A stretch of 29,595 nt of DNA from a virus. Positions 8,329-16,624 of the stretch are shown one piece after another. The notes under the pieces are model-generated. The model made no database searches and was not told the origin of the DNA. It worked only from the letters and a program-made list of their open reading frames with translations. The stretch lies in IMG/VR virus record IMGVR_UViG_2935656913_000002; one strand, written 5' to 3'. A program made the translations under genes and the position numbers. Position 1 is the stretch's first letter; every line of letters starts with the position of its first letter.

Positions 8329-8589
8329 CTAAACGAGTACCTTGTGCGAGGCGTAGACTTTATTTCGCCACCACGTCTTGCTCCGGTCCATCTTCGACCG
8401 CTTGCTGGGATTGATGATGTCCTCGTGAACCACGAGAACGGCATCCGGCTGTTCTTTCTTGAATTGAGCTTCCGCCCGGGAGATCGCCGCCGCGTCGTCG
8501 GTGTCGTTCTGGCAAACGACCTGATAGGCCATCGTTTGGTTCTCATCGAGCCGGGTAAACTCGACCGAAAATTCCTGCATGTAGTCCAC
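8329..8589 (-). CDS. hypothetical protein (86 aa)
   Basis: GAGGA RBS before GTG; upstream promoter. Confidence 0.6.
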   Translation of the reverse strand: MDYMQEFSVEFTRLDENQTMAYQVVCQNDTDDAAAISRAEAQFKKEQPDAVLVVHEDIINPSKRSKMDRSKTWWRNKVYASHKVLV

Positions 8590-8621
8590 GGCAAATTCCT
8601 CGTAGTGGTTAAGCTACGGGA

Positions 8622-8650
8622 AATATAGCAGATTTTAAGTGGAGCAACAA
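8622..8650 (-). promoter_or_regulatory. sigma70-like promoter TTGTTG-N17-TATATT (extended -10 TG)
   Basis: AT-rich intergenic region; 17-bp spacer. Confidence 0.45.
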
Positions 8651-8666
8651 TAAGCGGGAAAGGATT

Positions 8667-8680
8667 TGCAGGGACCTGCA
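8667..8680. repeat. palindrome TGCAGGGACCTGCA, intergenic
   Basis: exact match, 16 bp upstream of the predicted -35. Confidence 0.9.
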
Positions 8681-8703
8681 ACAGGCCCCTGCTCTATCCG
8701 AGG

Positions 8704-9135
8704 CTAGGCCAGATTGGGGCCGCCTACCTGCAAGGCATCGAACGATGGTGCTTTGCCCGCGCGTTTGGTGGCGCGGTTGATAAGGTTCTTGAACTGGCGC
8801 AGCCGGTCCTTCGGGTCCTCGTTCCACAGCCGAGCACTCGGCTGGAAATACCAGCTTTTGTGCGGATCGACGTGACAGAACAGTATGTGGCCGACAATGA
8901 TCAGATGCGTATTGGGGGAGTAGTGATAGTCCGTCCAAGCTGGCCGGATCGAACAAAGCACGTCGCCAACCGGCACCGTGAATTTTTCATAGTCGGGCAA
9001 GTGTTTTTGCCGAAAAACTCGCTTCTCCATGATCGTGCCCATCGGAAGGGCATTGTCGAATAATGTCATGAGCGAAGGAGGCATCAAGTATTGTTTAGTC
9101 ACGTCGGTTCCGCCGAAACGACTCTTAATTCCCAT
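8704..9135 (-). CDS. hypothetical protein (143 aa)
   Basis: GAGGA RBS; ORF track. Confidence 0.65.
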   Translation of the reverse strand: MGIKSRFGGTDVTKQYLMPPSLMTLFDNALPMGTIMEKRVFRQKHLPDYEKFTVPVGDVLCSIRPAWTDYHYSPNTHLIIVGHILFCHVDPHKSWYFQPSARLWNEDPKDRLRQFKNLINRATKRAGKAPSFDALQVGGPNLA

Positions 9136-9164
9136 TGTATTTCCTCGTCACATAGACGTGCGTG

Positions 9165-9611
9165 TTAGTGGGCTGTTTCGCCCCTCTTGGAATTCAGAAG
9201 ATCGTAGGAAAACTCCCGTAGCACCTGCACACCCGCCAGAACGACCGCTTGAATTAGCGTTCCGCCGTACGCCCTACACTGGTCCGACTTGTCGTTGCCG
9301 ATTTTGGCGCCGAAGCTGATCGGCTTGTCACCGAACTCCGCGCGCACCATCTTGAGATCGGCAGCGGTAACTGGAATGATCCGCAACTCGCCGAATTGCG
9401 TGACCCACTTGATCGCATGTTCCAGATTTTCAAGAGAGTTTGCGAAAGGGATTGCCGCCTCCCCGAAAACGTGCTGCGTATAAGGATCGAGCAGGACGCC
9501 TATCGCTTGATAGTCGCTGATCTGCCAATCGTAAACTTCCTTGAATACGATTTCAAGGTGCTCGTCAGCGTTCTTATTCAGACTGTCGTCCATATAAACG
9601 CGTTGTTCCAT
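9165..9611 (-). CDS. hypothetical protein (148 aa)
   Basis: ATG at 9611 (MEQRVY...) within ORF 9165..9638. Confidence 0.65.
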   Translation of the reverse strand: MEQRVYMDDSLNKNADEHLEIVFKEVYDWQISDYQAIGVLLDPYTQHVFGEAAIPFANSLENLEHAIKWVTQFGELRIIPVTAADLKMVRAEFGDKPISFGAKIGNDKSDQCRAYGGTLIQAVVLAGVQVLREFSYDLLNSKRGETAH

Positions 9612-9628
9612 ACTGCGCCCTTCCCCTG

Positions 9629-10987
9629 CTAATACCAAAGATTACTCACCGTTTCGTGCAGCCACTTCGGCCACTCAACGTCCGCCCATTTTACATCGAT
9701 TGCTCCATGTTGTTTTACCGCGAGATGTCGCCAGACGACGCCCATATAGGCCCCGCACAGACGTAGATCGAAATGCTCCTGCACCGCTCCCGGTTGCCAT
9801 TCGGTAGGGTACCGCCGCAGCAGGGCTTTACCGGCCCATGTGTGGTTGTCGTGGGCATAGAGAGGGATGGCCGGGGCAACCCCGAGGCGCATAACGGGCG
9901 TTGGGAACGCTAGGGAAGCTTTGAGAGTGGCCGGTGGGGTATTCCCCGCACCGTAAGGCTCCCCGAGCAGGAAATCCACGAGATTGTTCAGTTCGTGGTA
10001 CCCGATACCGAGTTTGTTCGTGGCCCTGCGCTGGATGTACGCCATGAGCTTGGCGCATTCCGCACTCTTGCTGCGCGGAGAATTCATCGCCATGAGTTCG
10101 TTGATGATCCACGCCCGGTGACTGTCGATGTCCCCGGTCTTGAGTTTCTGAAGACCCTTGAGCCCGTACTGGGCAAGCGCGGCATCTTTATTAGCGATCC
10201 CGCTTTTGAGCGCCGACATGAGCGTCGGTTTGTGTTCATCGGCAATGATGTTACCGCCTTCAGCTACTTTGCGGCCGAACTCCGCGACGAGCTTGGCGTA
10301 GCCCCTCATTTCAGCCATGAGGCAGTCGTAGTGCGTCGGGATTTGCCACTTTTTCTTGGACTGGCAGAACGCCTTGATGCCGATGCACATGTTGGCGTAG
10401 TCGTGGCTCCGGTCGTCCCAGAGATAGAGATCGAGAAGAAAATCCCCCATCGTGTGATCGCGGGTCTCCTCATAAAGGATGTTGAGGAGATACTTGATAA
10501 TGCCGCGCGATCCCCGGAAATTGGCGAGCATCGTTCCCCAGAAGACCGCCCGCTCCACGTTCCCGATCCGGAGTTCCTTATGGAACGCGCTGACGACCTC
10601 GTACATGTTGTAGCGAGAACCTACCTCTTTAGAGTACGCCGCCTGCATGTCGGCTGGGCGTCCCTTCTTTTCGAGGATATCCGCCATGGCCCGGATTTTG
10701 TGCGAGCAGCATTGGCTCCGCGCCCACGCTTCGTTCTTGATATGCCACTGCCATGGGCCGCCGTTCTTGCAAGTGCAGGTACCTGCACCGAGATCGACCA
10801 GATAGAAATCCCCGTCCAGCGCCTTAGCCTTGTGTGCCGTTGACACTAGCACCTTAGACTTGCCGACGAACCCCGGATGTAGCGGCTTATACTCTGGCTG
10901 GGGCGTGTTGCTGGGTAGACGTTCCTCCGGCATGACCGGGGGCGGTGGGGCGGCTTTTCGGGGCAACGGCAGTTTGCGCAGCGCCAT
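9629..10987 (-). CDS. SWIM zinc finger fused to an MgsA/RarA C-terminal-like helical domain (no AAA+ domain)
   Basis: YLVDL...CTC...CCSH (SWIM CxC-Xn-CxH); VVSAFHKELRIGNVERAVFW resembles RarA ISAFHKSIRGSDxxAALYW; IPLYAHDNHTWAGK near the C-terminus. Alternative start at 11089. Confidence 0.65.
   Translation of the reverse strand: MALRKLPLPRKAAPPPPVMPEERLPSNTPQPEYKPLHPGFVGKSKVLVSTAHKAKALDGDFYLVDLGAGTCTCKNGGPWQWHIKNEAWARSQCCSHKIRAMADILEKKGRPADMQAAYSKEVGSRYNMYEVVSAFHKELRIGNVERAVFWGTMLANFRGSRGIIKYLLNILYEETRDHTMGDFLLDLYLWDDRSHDYANMCIGIKAFCQSKKKWQIPTHYDCLMAEMRGYAKLVAEFGRKVAEGGNIIADEHKPTLMSALKSGIANKDAALAQYGLKGLQKLKTGDIDSHRAWIINELMAMNSPRSKSAECAKLMAYIQRRATNKLGIGYHELNNLVDFLLGEPYGAGNTPPATLKASLAFPTPVMRLGVAPAIPLYAHDNHTWAGKALLRRYPTEWQPGAVQEHFDLRLCGAYMGVVWRHLAVKQHGAIDVKWADVEWPKWLHETVSNLWY
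10774..10787. repeat. palindrome TGCAGGTACCTGCA, in CDS (encodes AGTC of the SWIM finger)
   Basis: exact match. Confidence 0.9.
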
Positions 10988-11160
10988 GGGGCTGTATGTC
11001 CGGCTGATGAAATTTGGGGGCGAATTAACGTATGTTAAATGTATCGCAGATTGTTGGCAGGCACAAGGAGATTGCCCCGCTCTCGCCATGAGTTATCCGT
11101 TGTTTTGTCATCATCTTGTATGGATGGCTTCCATGCAATTTCGGAGGGTATGCTTTAGTG

Positions 11161-11218
11161 GTGTTCCACTGACAGAACACCCTGTTCCGCTGGGGGAACG
11201 CTGTTCCAAAGTGGAACG
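11161..11218. promoter_or_regulatory. three tandem inverted repeats TGTTCC-N5/6-RGAAC (putative operators)
   Basis: GTTC-N8-GAAC, GTTC-N8-GAAC and GTTC-N7-GAAC at ~19-20 bp period in a non-coding region. Confidence 0.4.
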
Positions 11219-11223
11219 GCTAT

Positions 11224-11799
11224 TCACGGTACCGGGATTACCCCGTACTTGCCCGCGACTCGATAGTACGGGTCAACGTGCTCGATCCCTAAAAGGTCCT
11301 CGAACCGGCGCTTGGCCCTAGTTCTGGCCCGCAACAGATGCGGGTACTTGGACCGTTCGTCTGTGCCGACCTGTAGGCCCCTCGCCTTCAAATGCCAGTA
11401 CCAGTAGTAGACCGGCTGCACTTGGTGCCAGAACCAGTAGCTCCGCTCAGTGCGAGTATCGTTCTTGAGAATGATGAACGGCGGTTCGATGATGTTGAAT
11501 TCGACCCACCGCCGCAACGTCCGATCCGAGACACCGAACAGGAGCGTAAGGCTCTTGATTGTGTACTGTTTGGTGATGATGCCTTGGTAGGTGAACGGCC
11601 TGCCGTAGCACTTCAACAGGAATTGGTGCCGCGACGGGATCGACAAGGCGTTGAAGTGTCGGCTTACGGTTCTGCCGCTTCGCACCCTGTCCGGCCGCTT
11701 CGACGGGTAGAACTCAAGCTCCGCTGGATCACGGTCGCCGTAGCTTTCCCGCAACTGCTTTATGCCAGTGTTGATTTTGGCGCGGACCCGGAATGCCAT
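11224..11799 (-). CDS. MerR/excisionase-like HTH DNA-binding protein
   Basis: YTIKSLTLLFGVSDRTLRRWVEFNIIEPP; start uncertain (11799 or 11832). Confidence 0.65.
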   Translation of the reverse strand: MAFRVRAKINTGIKQLRESYGDRDPAELEFYPSKRPDRVRSGRTVSRHFNALSIPSRHQFLLKCYGRPFTYQGIITKQYTIKSLTLLFGVSDRTLRRWVEFNIIEPPFIILKNDTRTERSYWFWHQVQPVYYWYWHLKARGLQVGTDERSKYPHLLRARTRAKRRFEDLLGIEHVDPYYRVAGKYGVIPVP

Positions 11800-12082
11800 G
11801 GCTCTTGAGTATCTGAGGAATACGGAGGGCAACCGCTAGGCGGATTGCGCGCTCAACAAACGGATCGCCAAGCTTCCATTTATAGTCGCCGTCCGGACAC
11901 CTGCCCCACACTAGATACTCACGGTATGGGATCGATTTTGTGCCCCGGCACGTCTGGCAGTTGTTGGGGTAGCCCTTGCATTGCGGGCACTGTACGCGGC
12001 CCGATGGATATTGCAGGGGCCTGCAAACGTAAACAGGGCGGCGAGTGACCGCCGCCCTGATTGTTAGCTTTCGTATCGGCAC
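11729..12082 (-). CDS. small zinc-finger protein (CxxCxG...CxxCxG)
   Basis: CPQCKG...CQTCRG, DnaJ-type Cys repeats. Confidence 0.55.
   Translation of the reverse strand: MPIRKLTIRAAVTRRPVYVCRPLQYPSGRVQCPQCKGYPNNCQTCRGTKSIPYREYLVWGRCPDGDYKWKLGDPFVERAIRLAVALRIPQILKSHGIPGPRQNQHWHKAVAGKLRRP
12012..12025. repeat. palindrome TGCAGGGGCCTGCA, in CDS (encodes CRPLQ)
   Basis: exact match. Confidence 0.9.
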
Positions 12083-12085
12083 GGA

Positions 12086-13276
12086 CTAGGCAGCGGCCTG
12101 AGCCGGGGCCTGAGCCTGCGACGGATGATCGGCGGGCATCTTGACGCCCGACTTGATGAGCGCCTTGGTCTTGCGCTCGCGGGCCGCGTCCGCCTTGGCC
12201 TTGACCTCGGCCAGATGGTCGGTCGCCCACTCGGTAACGATGTGCTCGAACACTTGGTTCAAGTCCTGCGTACCGAGTTGCTTGGACGCCGCCTTCAGGA
12301 TCATTTCGACCGCCTCGCCCTGATCCTCGTAAAGCTTGAAGCCCAGCGTGAGCTTCTTGATCGTGGCGCGGGAGGCCGCCACACCGCGCGGCGTGGAACC
12401 GCCCTCGGTGGTGTAGCTGGTCTTCAGCGTCTCGTTCAGCTTCTCGTAGGACTGCGTCTTGGCAGCTTCGACGAGTTCCTTGGCATTGTCGTCCGTGACG
12501 TAACGGGCGAGCAGCGAAGCCTTCCACCAGCCGACGCCGCCGAGAGACTTGACGACTTCGGTCGCGTTCGGCAGAGCCGAGAACGACTTGTAGATGTCGA
12601 TCAGGTTCATGGCCTTGCGGTAGCCGCCCATGTCCTCGCCGAAGTTGTCCTTCAGGAAGGCTTCGAAGCCCTCCTTGGAGTCCTCGTAGTGCTTCTTGGC
12701 CGGGGACTGGTACTCGGTGAACAGTGGCTTCCCGTCGGCGCCAGCCTCGTTGTAGAGCTTGGCCAGCACGCCGCCGAGATAGAAGAACGCCTTGCCAATG
12801 TCCCCGAACAGCTTCTGCGCGATCTTGAGCGGATCGCCGTCTTCCTGCTTCAGGTAGTTCTGCATCTCACCGACGACCGGCAGATGATAGACGGGCTCGA
12901 CGGTCTTCGCGGTGCGCTTGACCTCGGCAGCGAGGATTTCCTCGCCGTTGACCGAGTTCTCGTCGGCCTTGAACGCGTGATAGTCGGCCTTCTTGACGAC
13001 GGCGACGACGATCTCGCCCTCTTTCTCGGACTGGCCGACGACCGCCAGTTCCTCGCCCGGCGTGAACGAACCGCTCGCCTTGGCGGCTTCGTCGCCGTAG
13101 CCCTTGAAGATGACGATGGTGCCGTCCTCGAACGGCTTCACTTCCGGCTTCGCCTTCGGCGCGGCGGCGGCCTTCGGCGGCTTCGCGACGGCAGCGGCCT
13201 TGGGGGCCTTCGCGGCTGCGGCGGGCTTGGCCAGACCGGCGGCCTTTGCGGGCTTCGTGATTGCTTTGAGTGCCAT
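12086..13276 (-). CDS. probably abundant DNA-binding protein with a histone-H1-like Ala/Lys/Pro N-terminus and a DUF3102-like helical core
   Basis: AKAPKAAA repeats; LGGVLAKL...FEAFLKDNFG...YRKAMNLIDIYKSF; strong GC3 bias; GAGGT RBS. Confidence 0.65.
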   Translation of the reverse strand: MALKAITKPAKAAGLAKPAAAAKAPKAAAVAKPPKAAAAPKAKPEVKPFEDGTIVIFKGYGDEAAKASGSFTPGEELAVVGQSEKEGEIVVAVVKKADYHAFKADENSVNGEEILAAEVKRTAKTVEPVYHLPVVGEMQNYLKQEDGDPLKIAQKLFGDIGKAFFYLGGVLAKLYNEAGADGKPLFTEYQSPAKKHYEDSKEGFEAFLKDNFGEDMGGYRKAMNLIDIYKSFSALPNATEVVKSLGGVGWWKASLLARYVTDDNAKELVEAAKTQSYEKLNETLKTSYTTEGGSTPRGVAASRATIKKLTLGFKLYEDQGEAVEMILKAASKQLGTQDLNQVFEHIVTEWATDHLAEVKAKADAARERKTKALIKSGVKMPADHPSQAQAPAQAAA

Positions 13277-13284
13277 GATTAGAA

Positions 13285-13980
13285 TTACCTCGTTGGGGTT
13301 GGGTGGGTGGTCAGCGTTGGAATTCTGAGTCGCCGGGGAGCAAGTTTTGGAAGGTTAGGCTTCGACCTGAAAATTGTCAACGGCCGTTTTATCGCGAATT
13401 CTTGTCCTCGGCTTGCAGGTACCTGCACCGCGCTATATTGCGGCAGACCGGTATGCTTTACAAGGGTAAGCAACTGGCCTTCTTGGTTTGCTACCAGATA
13501 TCGAGCTAGGCAAAACGCATCAACGACGTTTTCGTTCATGTGGACAAAGCCATAGCGCTGCTTTGCCGCGAGGGCCATATCGTTCTTTTCGAACTTGCCG
13601 GAACCCATGAGTTTCTTAACGGACCTGGGGGTAACCAAAAATACATCAAACCCGAATGTCGTCAGGGCTTGATACTTAATCATGCCGACGAGTTCCGCCC
13701 GGGTGAACGCCTTGCCAGTGTTCTTGCCGAAAGCGTAGTCCTCGATCACCACCGCCACACGACCGAACCGTTTGGCCAGTTCAAATTTGCCGATCACCTG
13801 CGTCAGGATCATGATCTGGCGCAACGGGTCTTTCAGTGGTTGGTACTCGGCCGAGCTATCGGCAATAACGACCGGCCAATCTGATGGTGTCCTGTCCCCT
13901 GCCCCGCTGCGAATGACAACCATCCCCGTATCCGTCAGGGAGCAATCAAGACCGACGATGGCGTCATAGGGATTAGGCAT
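13285..13980 (-). CDS. ruvC: RuvC-like Holliday junction resolvase (RNase H fold)
   Basis: IVGLDCSLTDTG, VVIEDY, NVVDAF catalytic pattern. Confidence 0.8.
   Translation of the reverse strand: MPNPYDAIVGLDCSLTDTGMVVIRSGAGDRTPSDWPVVIADSSAEYQPLKDPLRQIMILTQVIGKFELAKRFGRVAVVIEDYAFGKNTGKAFTRAELVGMIKYQALTTFGFDVFLVTPRSVKKLMGSGKFEKNDMALAAKQRYGFVHMNENVVDAFCLARYLVANQEGQLLTLVKHTGLPQYSAVQVPASRGQEFAIKRPLTIFRSKPNLPKLAPRRLRIPTLTTHPTPTR
13414..13427. repeat. palindrome TGCAGGTACCTGCA, in RuvC C-terminal tail (VQVPA)
   Basis: exact match. Confidence 0.9.
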
Positions 13981-14914
13981 GCAGCGTGTCTTTCTTGCGG
14001 AGGAAACAACTCACGCACACATTACACGCTTTGGCCCTCGGTGTATTGGGGCCGTCACAGATACGCGTCGGCAACACGTTCTTGTCGAGACTGTCCTTGA
14101 CGAGTTTGGCATTTTCGAGCATCGGCTTAATCCGGTCGCCGGGCGATGCCCTCTTGGTGAATTCCTTGTAGACCCGGTTGGAAAACAGCTTCTTCATGCT
14201 GCGATCCACGTAGAGGTAGTTCAAATCTGAACTGACATCGAGACCCTTCAGTTCGCCGCGCTCGACCATGTCGCGAAGCATCCAATAGTAGAACGTGTTC
14301 TGAAGGGTGTGGTCGCCAAGCGGCGCGTCCATTGTCTCGAAATCAACCCCTGCCCGTTCGATGGATTTAATCTCGTAGAGATGCAAAGTCTTGCCCCAGA
14401 GCAGAAACAGATCGGGGTGTCCCACAATCCTGTATTTCGCCAGTTTAAGATCGATCTCGACATAGATATCGACAGGGTGTTCGCACTTCTCGCACCGTGC
14501 GTTTACCGGCCGTGTCTGCATAACGAAATGGGTGTACCCACAGACGCAGCGCCAGTTGCCCCATACCTTATCGCCGTGCGCGCTCCGCTTGATAAAGTCC
14601 CGGGTGAGGTGATCCTGCGTGGCGTGCCCGAATGTGTGCAGCAGTGACATCCCCGGGGATACCTTGCGAACGTACGTCCCGGTGTTTTCTTCGATGTATG
14701 TGAGGGCATGCTGCCGAGCGCAGAACTTACGGTGGCTGGCCGACTGGATCAGGTCCGACACATGAATGTAGTACTGTTCGCGTGTGTAGTTCTTGGCGCG
14801 GTGATAATCGACCCGCTCGGTGTTGAGCGTTTCGGCCACGATCCCGAACGGCTTCGTGGCACTCTCGACCGGCTTGATGAACTTATTTCTTTCCGGCTTG
14901 GGCAAGATTTTCAT
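13973..14914 (-). CDS. Cas4-like PD-(D/E)XK exonuclease
   Basis: N-terminal Cys (FCARQ), GHPD, YEIKS, QxxxY, C-terminal Cys cluster (CNVCVSC); inserted CVCG...CEKC ribbon. Confidence 0.75.
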   Translation of the reverse strand: MKILPKPERNKFIKPVESATKPFGIVAETLNTERVDYHRAKNYTREQYYIHVSDLIQSASHRKFCARQHALTYIEENTGTYVRKVSPGMSLLHTFGHATQDHLTRDFIKRSAHGDKVWGNWRCVCGYTHFVMQTRPVNARCEKCEHPVDIYVEIDLKLAKYRIVGHPDLFLLWGKTLHLYEIKSIERAGVDFETMDAPLGDHTLQNTFYYWMLRDMVERGELKGLDVSSDLNYLYVDRSMKKLFSNRVYKEFTKRASPGDRIKPMLENAKLVKDSLDKNVLPTRICDGPNTPRAKACNVCVSCFLRKKDTLHA

Positions 14915-15272
14915 GGATTAAAAACTCCAATGCCTTAGTAGGAATAACGGCAACGTCGAAGATAGGTTTCCCAGAGACCGGGTCCAAGAATTCCACCACA
15001 ATAGCTGGACATTCGCCGGAGCCAGTCCCAGCCGCCATCACCTTTTCGACCATATCTCTGGTAATCGAGAATGACGCGCGCGAGGTCGTTTTGGCCTCCA
15101 AGCGCAAGATACCGGAAATAAACACATCGCCCTTCTTCGTGCCAGCCCCACTCCGGGATATCTGGTGACCGCCAAGGCGCTTGGCCAGTTCCTTCTCTTG
15201 CTTTGGTGCTCGCCAGTAAGCCTTTGATTGCTTCCCGCGCAACGCGATGCGGTCTAGGAATGGGTTTGACAT
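14883..15272 (-). CDS. PD-(D/E)XK endonuclease, Holliday-junction-resolvase-like
   Basis: QEKELAKRLGG...SGAG..KGDV...LEAKTT. Confidence 0.75.
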   Translation of the reverse strand: MSNPFLDRIALRGKQSKAYWRAPKQEKELAKRLGGHQISRSGAGTKKGDVFISGILRLEAKTTSRASFSITRDMVEKVMAAGTGSGECPAIVVEFLDPVSGKPIFDVAVIPTKALEFLIHENLAQAGKK

Positions 15273-15298
15273 ATCCGCGATACCTTATGATCCGTGGC

Positions 15299-16546
15299 CT
15301 ACGTAACCTGCCATCGTTTACGATAGATTTGGACGATCTTATCCACGATGGATAGTTCTCGATCATAGTCTTCAAGTAGGAATTGGCCGAAGGCTGGTGC
15401 GCCCGCGAATTTGCCGCCGAAAGATATTCCAGCGCTTTCGTCAAGGCTAAAACTGTTTGGTGCGCCTTGCAGTATTCCGCAGTCCAGTCCACGAGCGATA
15501 ATGGAACGTGTCTGATCGACATAAGCGACGGGTAAACCGGTGGCTTCATCGCGGATAAGTTTGAAACCACCCTCCTTAAATCGTCCGCCCGACTTGTCCT
15601 TGGTGATCTTGATAGTGTGCTCGTTCCAGAGAACCATAGTCCCCTTTTCGGCCTTCTCGCCGGGAGGCGCTTCAGCGGGTTTAGCGGCCCCCTTCTCTCC
15701 CTTCTCTTTAGTGGCATTCGTATGCTCTTTGTTCGACATTTCAATTTGCTGGGTGGTCGCGAACTCAAGAGCTTTGCCGCCCGGTAGCACGCGAGGGTCG
15801 CCAAACATAACGCCGATGGACATGCGGAATTGGTTGATATGCAGGATCAGCGGGAAGTGTCCGCGATGCCGCTCGACCAGCAAAGCCGAATTGATGCGGC
15901 GCAGGTAGTTGCCGATCAGGCGCGCGTGAATACCCGGGAGACTGTCCTCCGCGCTGCCTTGGATTTCCTTCATTGGCGTAAGGAACGCGATGCTGTCCGT
16001 GACGAGCATCGACACTTCCTTGGTATGGATCAGCGCGTCCGCGATATCCACGGCGCTTTCGCCGGTCTCGGGTTCGACCAGATGCAGTCGCTCCAGATCG
16101 ACGCCGTTCATTTTGGCCCAAGCCGGATCGAACGTGCCCTCGATATCCATGTAGACCACGAACATCTCAGGAAACATGCGCTGGATCATGGCGATGAACC
16201 GCAACGTCAGCGTCGATTTACCTGCCGACTTGTTGCCGTAAATCATCGATCCGCGAGAGAGCATGAGGCCGCCCGCGAGGCAGAGATCGACGCTCAAGAT
16301 ACCTGATCGGACGCGACCGTACATGACCTTTTCGGAACTGGCCCGCGTTATGACCGATGGACTGTAGACGTTCCTGATCTGGGCAATGACCGCCGCCAGT
16401 TCGCCGGTTACCTCAAGCTCCGTCATTTTCATGACCGGGCTGGGCTCACGCCGACGAATGCCGCCCTGCTTCGGGGGTGTTGCAGGTACCTGCACGGTAA
16501 CAGGCTTGATGATCTTGGCAGGCAACGGACGAACGATGATGCTCAT
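15299..16546 (-). CDS. recA: RecA/UvsX recombinase
   Basis: Walker A GNKSAGKST, DIEG, Walker B region TDSIA, INQFRMSIGVMFGDP...PGGKAL; GGGGAG RBS before the ATG at 16546. Confidence 0.93.
   Translation of the reverse strand: MSIIVRPLPAKIIKPVTVQVPATPPKQGGIRRREPSPVMKMTELEVTGELAAVIAQIRNVYSPSVITRASSEKVMYGRVRSGILSVDLCLAGGLMLSRGSMIYGNKSAGKSTLTLRFIAMIQRMFPEMFVVYMDIEGTFDPAWAKMNGVDLERLHLVEPETGESAVDIADALIHTKEVSMLVTDSIAFLTPMKEIQGSAEDSLPGIHARLIGNYLRRINSALLVERHRGHFPLILHINQFRMSIGVMFGDPRVLPGGKALEFATTQQIEMSNKEHTNATKEKGEKGAAKPAEAPPGEKAEKGTMVLWNEHTIKITKDKSGGRFKEGGFKLIRDEATGLPVAYVDQTRSIIARGLDCGILQGAPNSFSLDESAGISFGGKFAGAPAFGQFLLEDYDRELSIVDKIVQIYRKRWQVT
16481..16494. repeat. palindrome TGCAGGTACCTGCA, in RecA N-terminal extension (VQVPA)
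   Basis: exact match. Confidence 0.9.
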
Positions 16547-16561
16547 GTTTCTCCCCATCAA

Positions 16562-16602
16562 AGACAAATGTGGGTGGCAGAGCCTTTCGGACCCTGCCAC
16601 CC
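16562..16602 (-). terminator. probable intrinsic terminator
   Basis: minus strand GGGTGGCAGGGTCC-GAAA-GGCTCTGCCACCC then ACATTTGTCTTT, after the stop at 16625. Confidence 0.65.
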
Positions 16603-16624
16603 GGTGTTGAAGTGCGGAGAAAAG

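Noticed and set aside
11025-11038. TTAA-N6-TTAA as a CtrA box
   Set aside because: The spacer is 6 rather than the canonical 7 nt, and there is only one instance.
13973-14914. Cas4-like gene as evidence of a CRISPR-Cas system
   Set aside because: No array or other cas genes; solo Cas4-like exonucleases are common in phage recombination modules.
14935-15804. 289-aa minus-strand ORF
   Set aside because: Overlaps recA and the resolvase gene in another frame and has no motifs.
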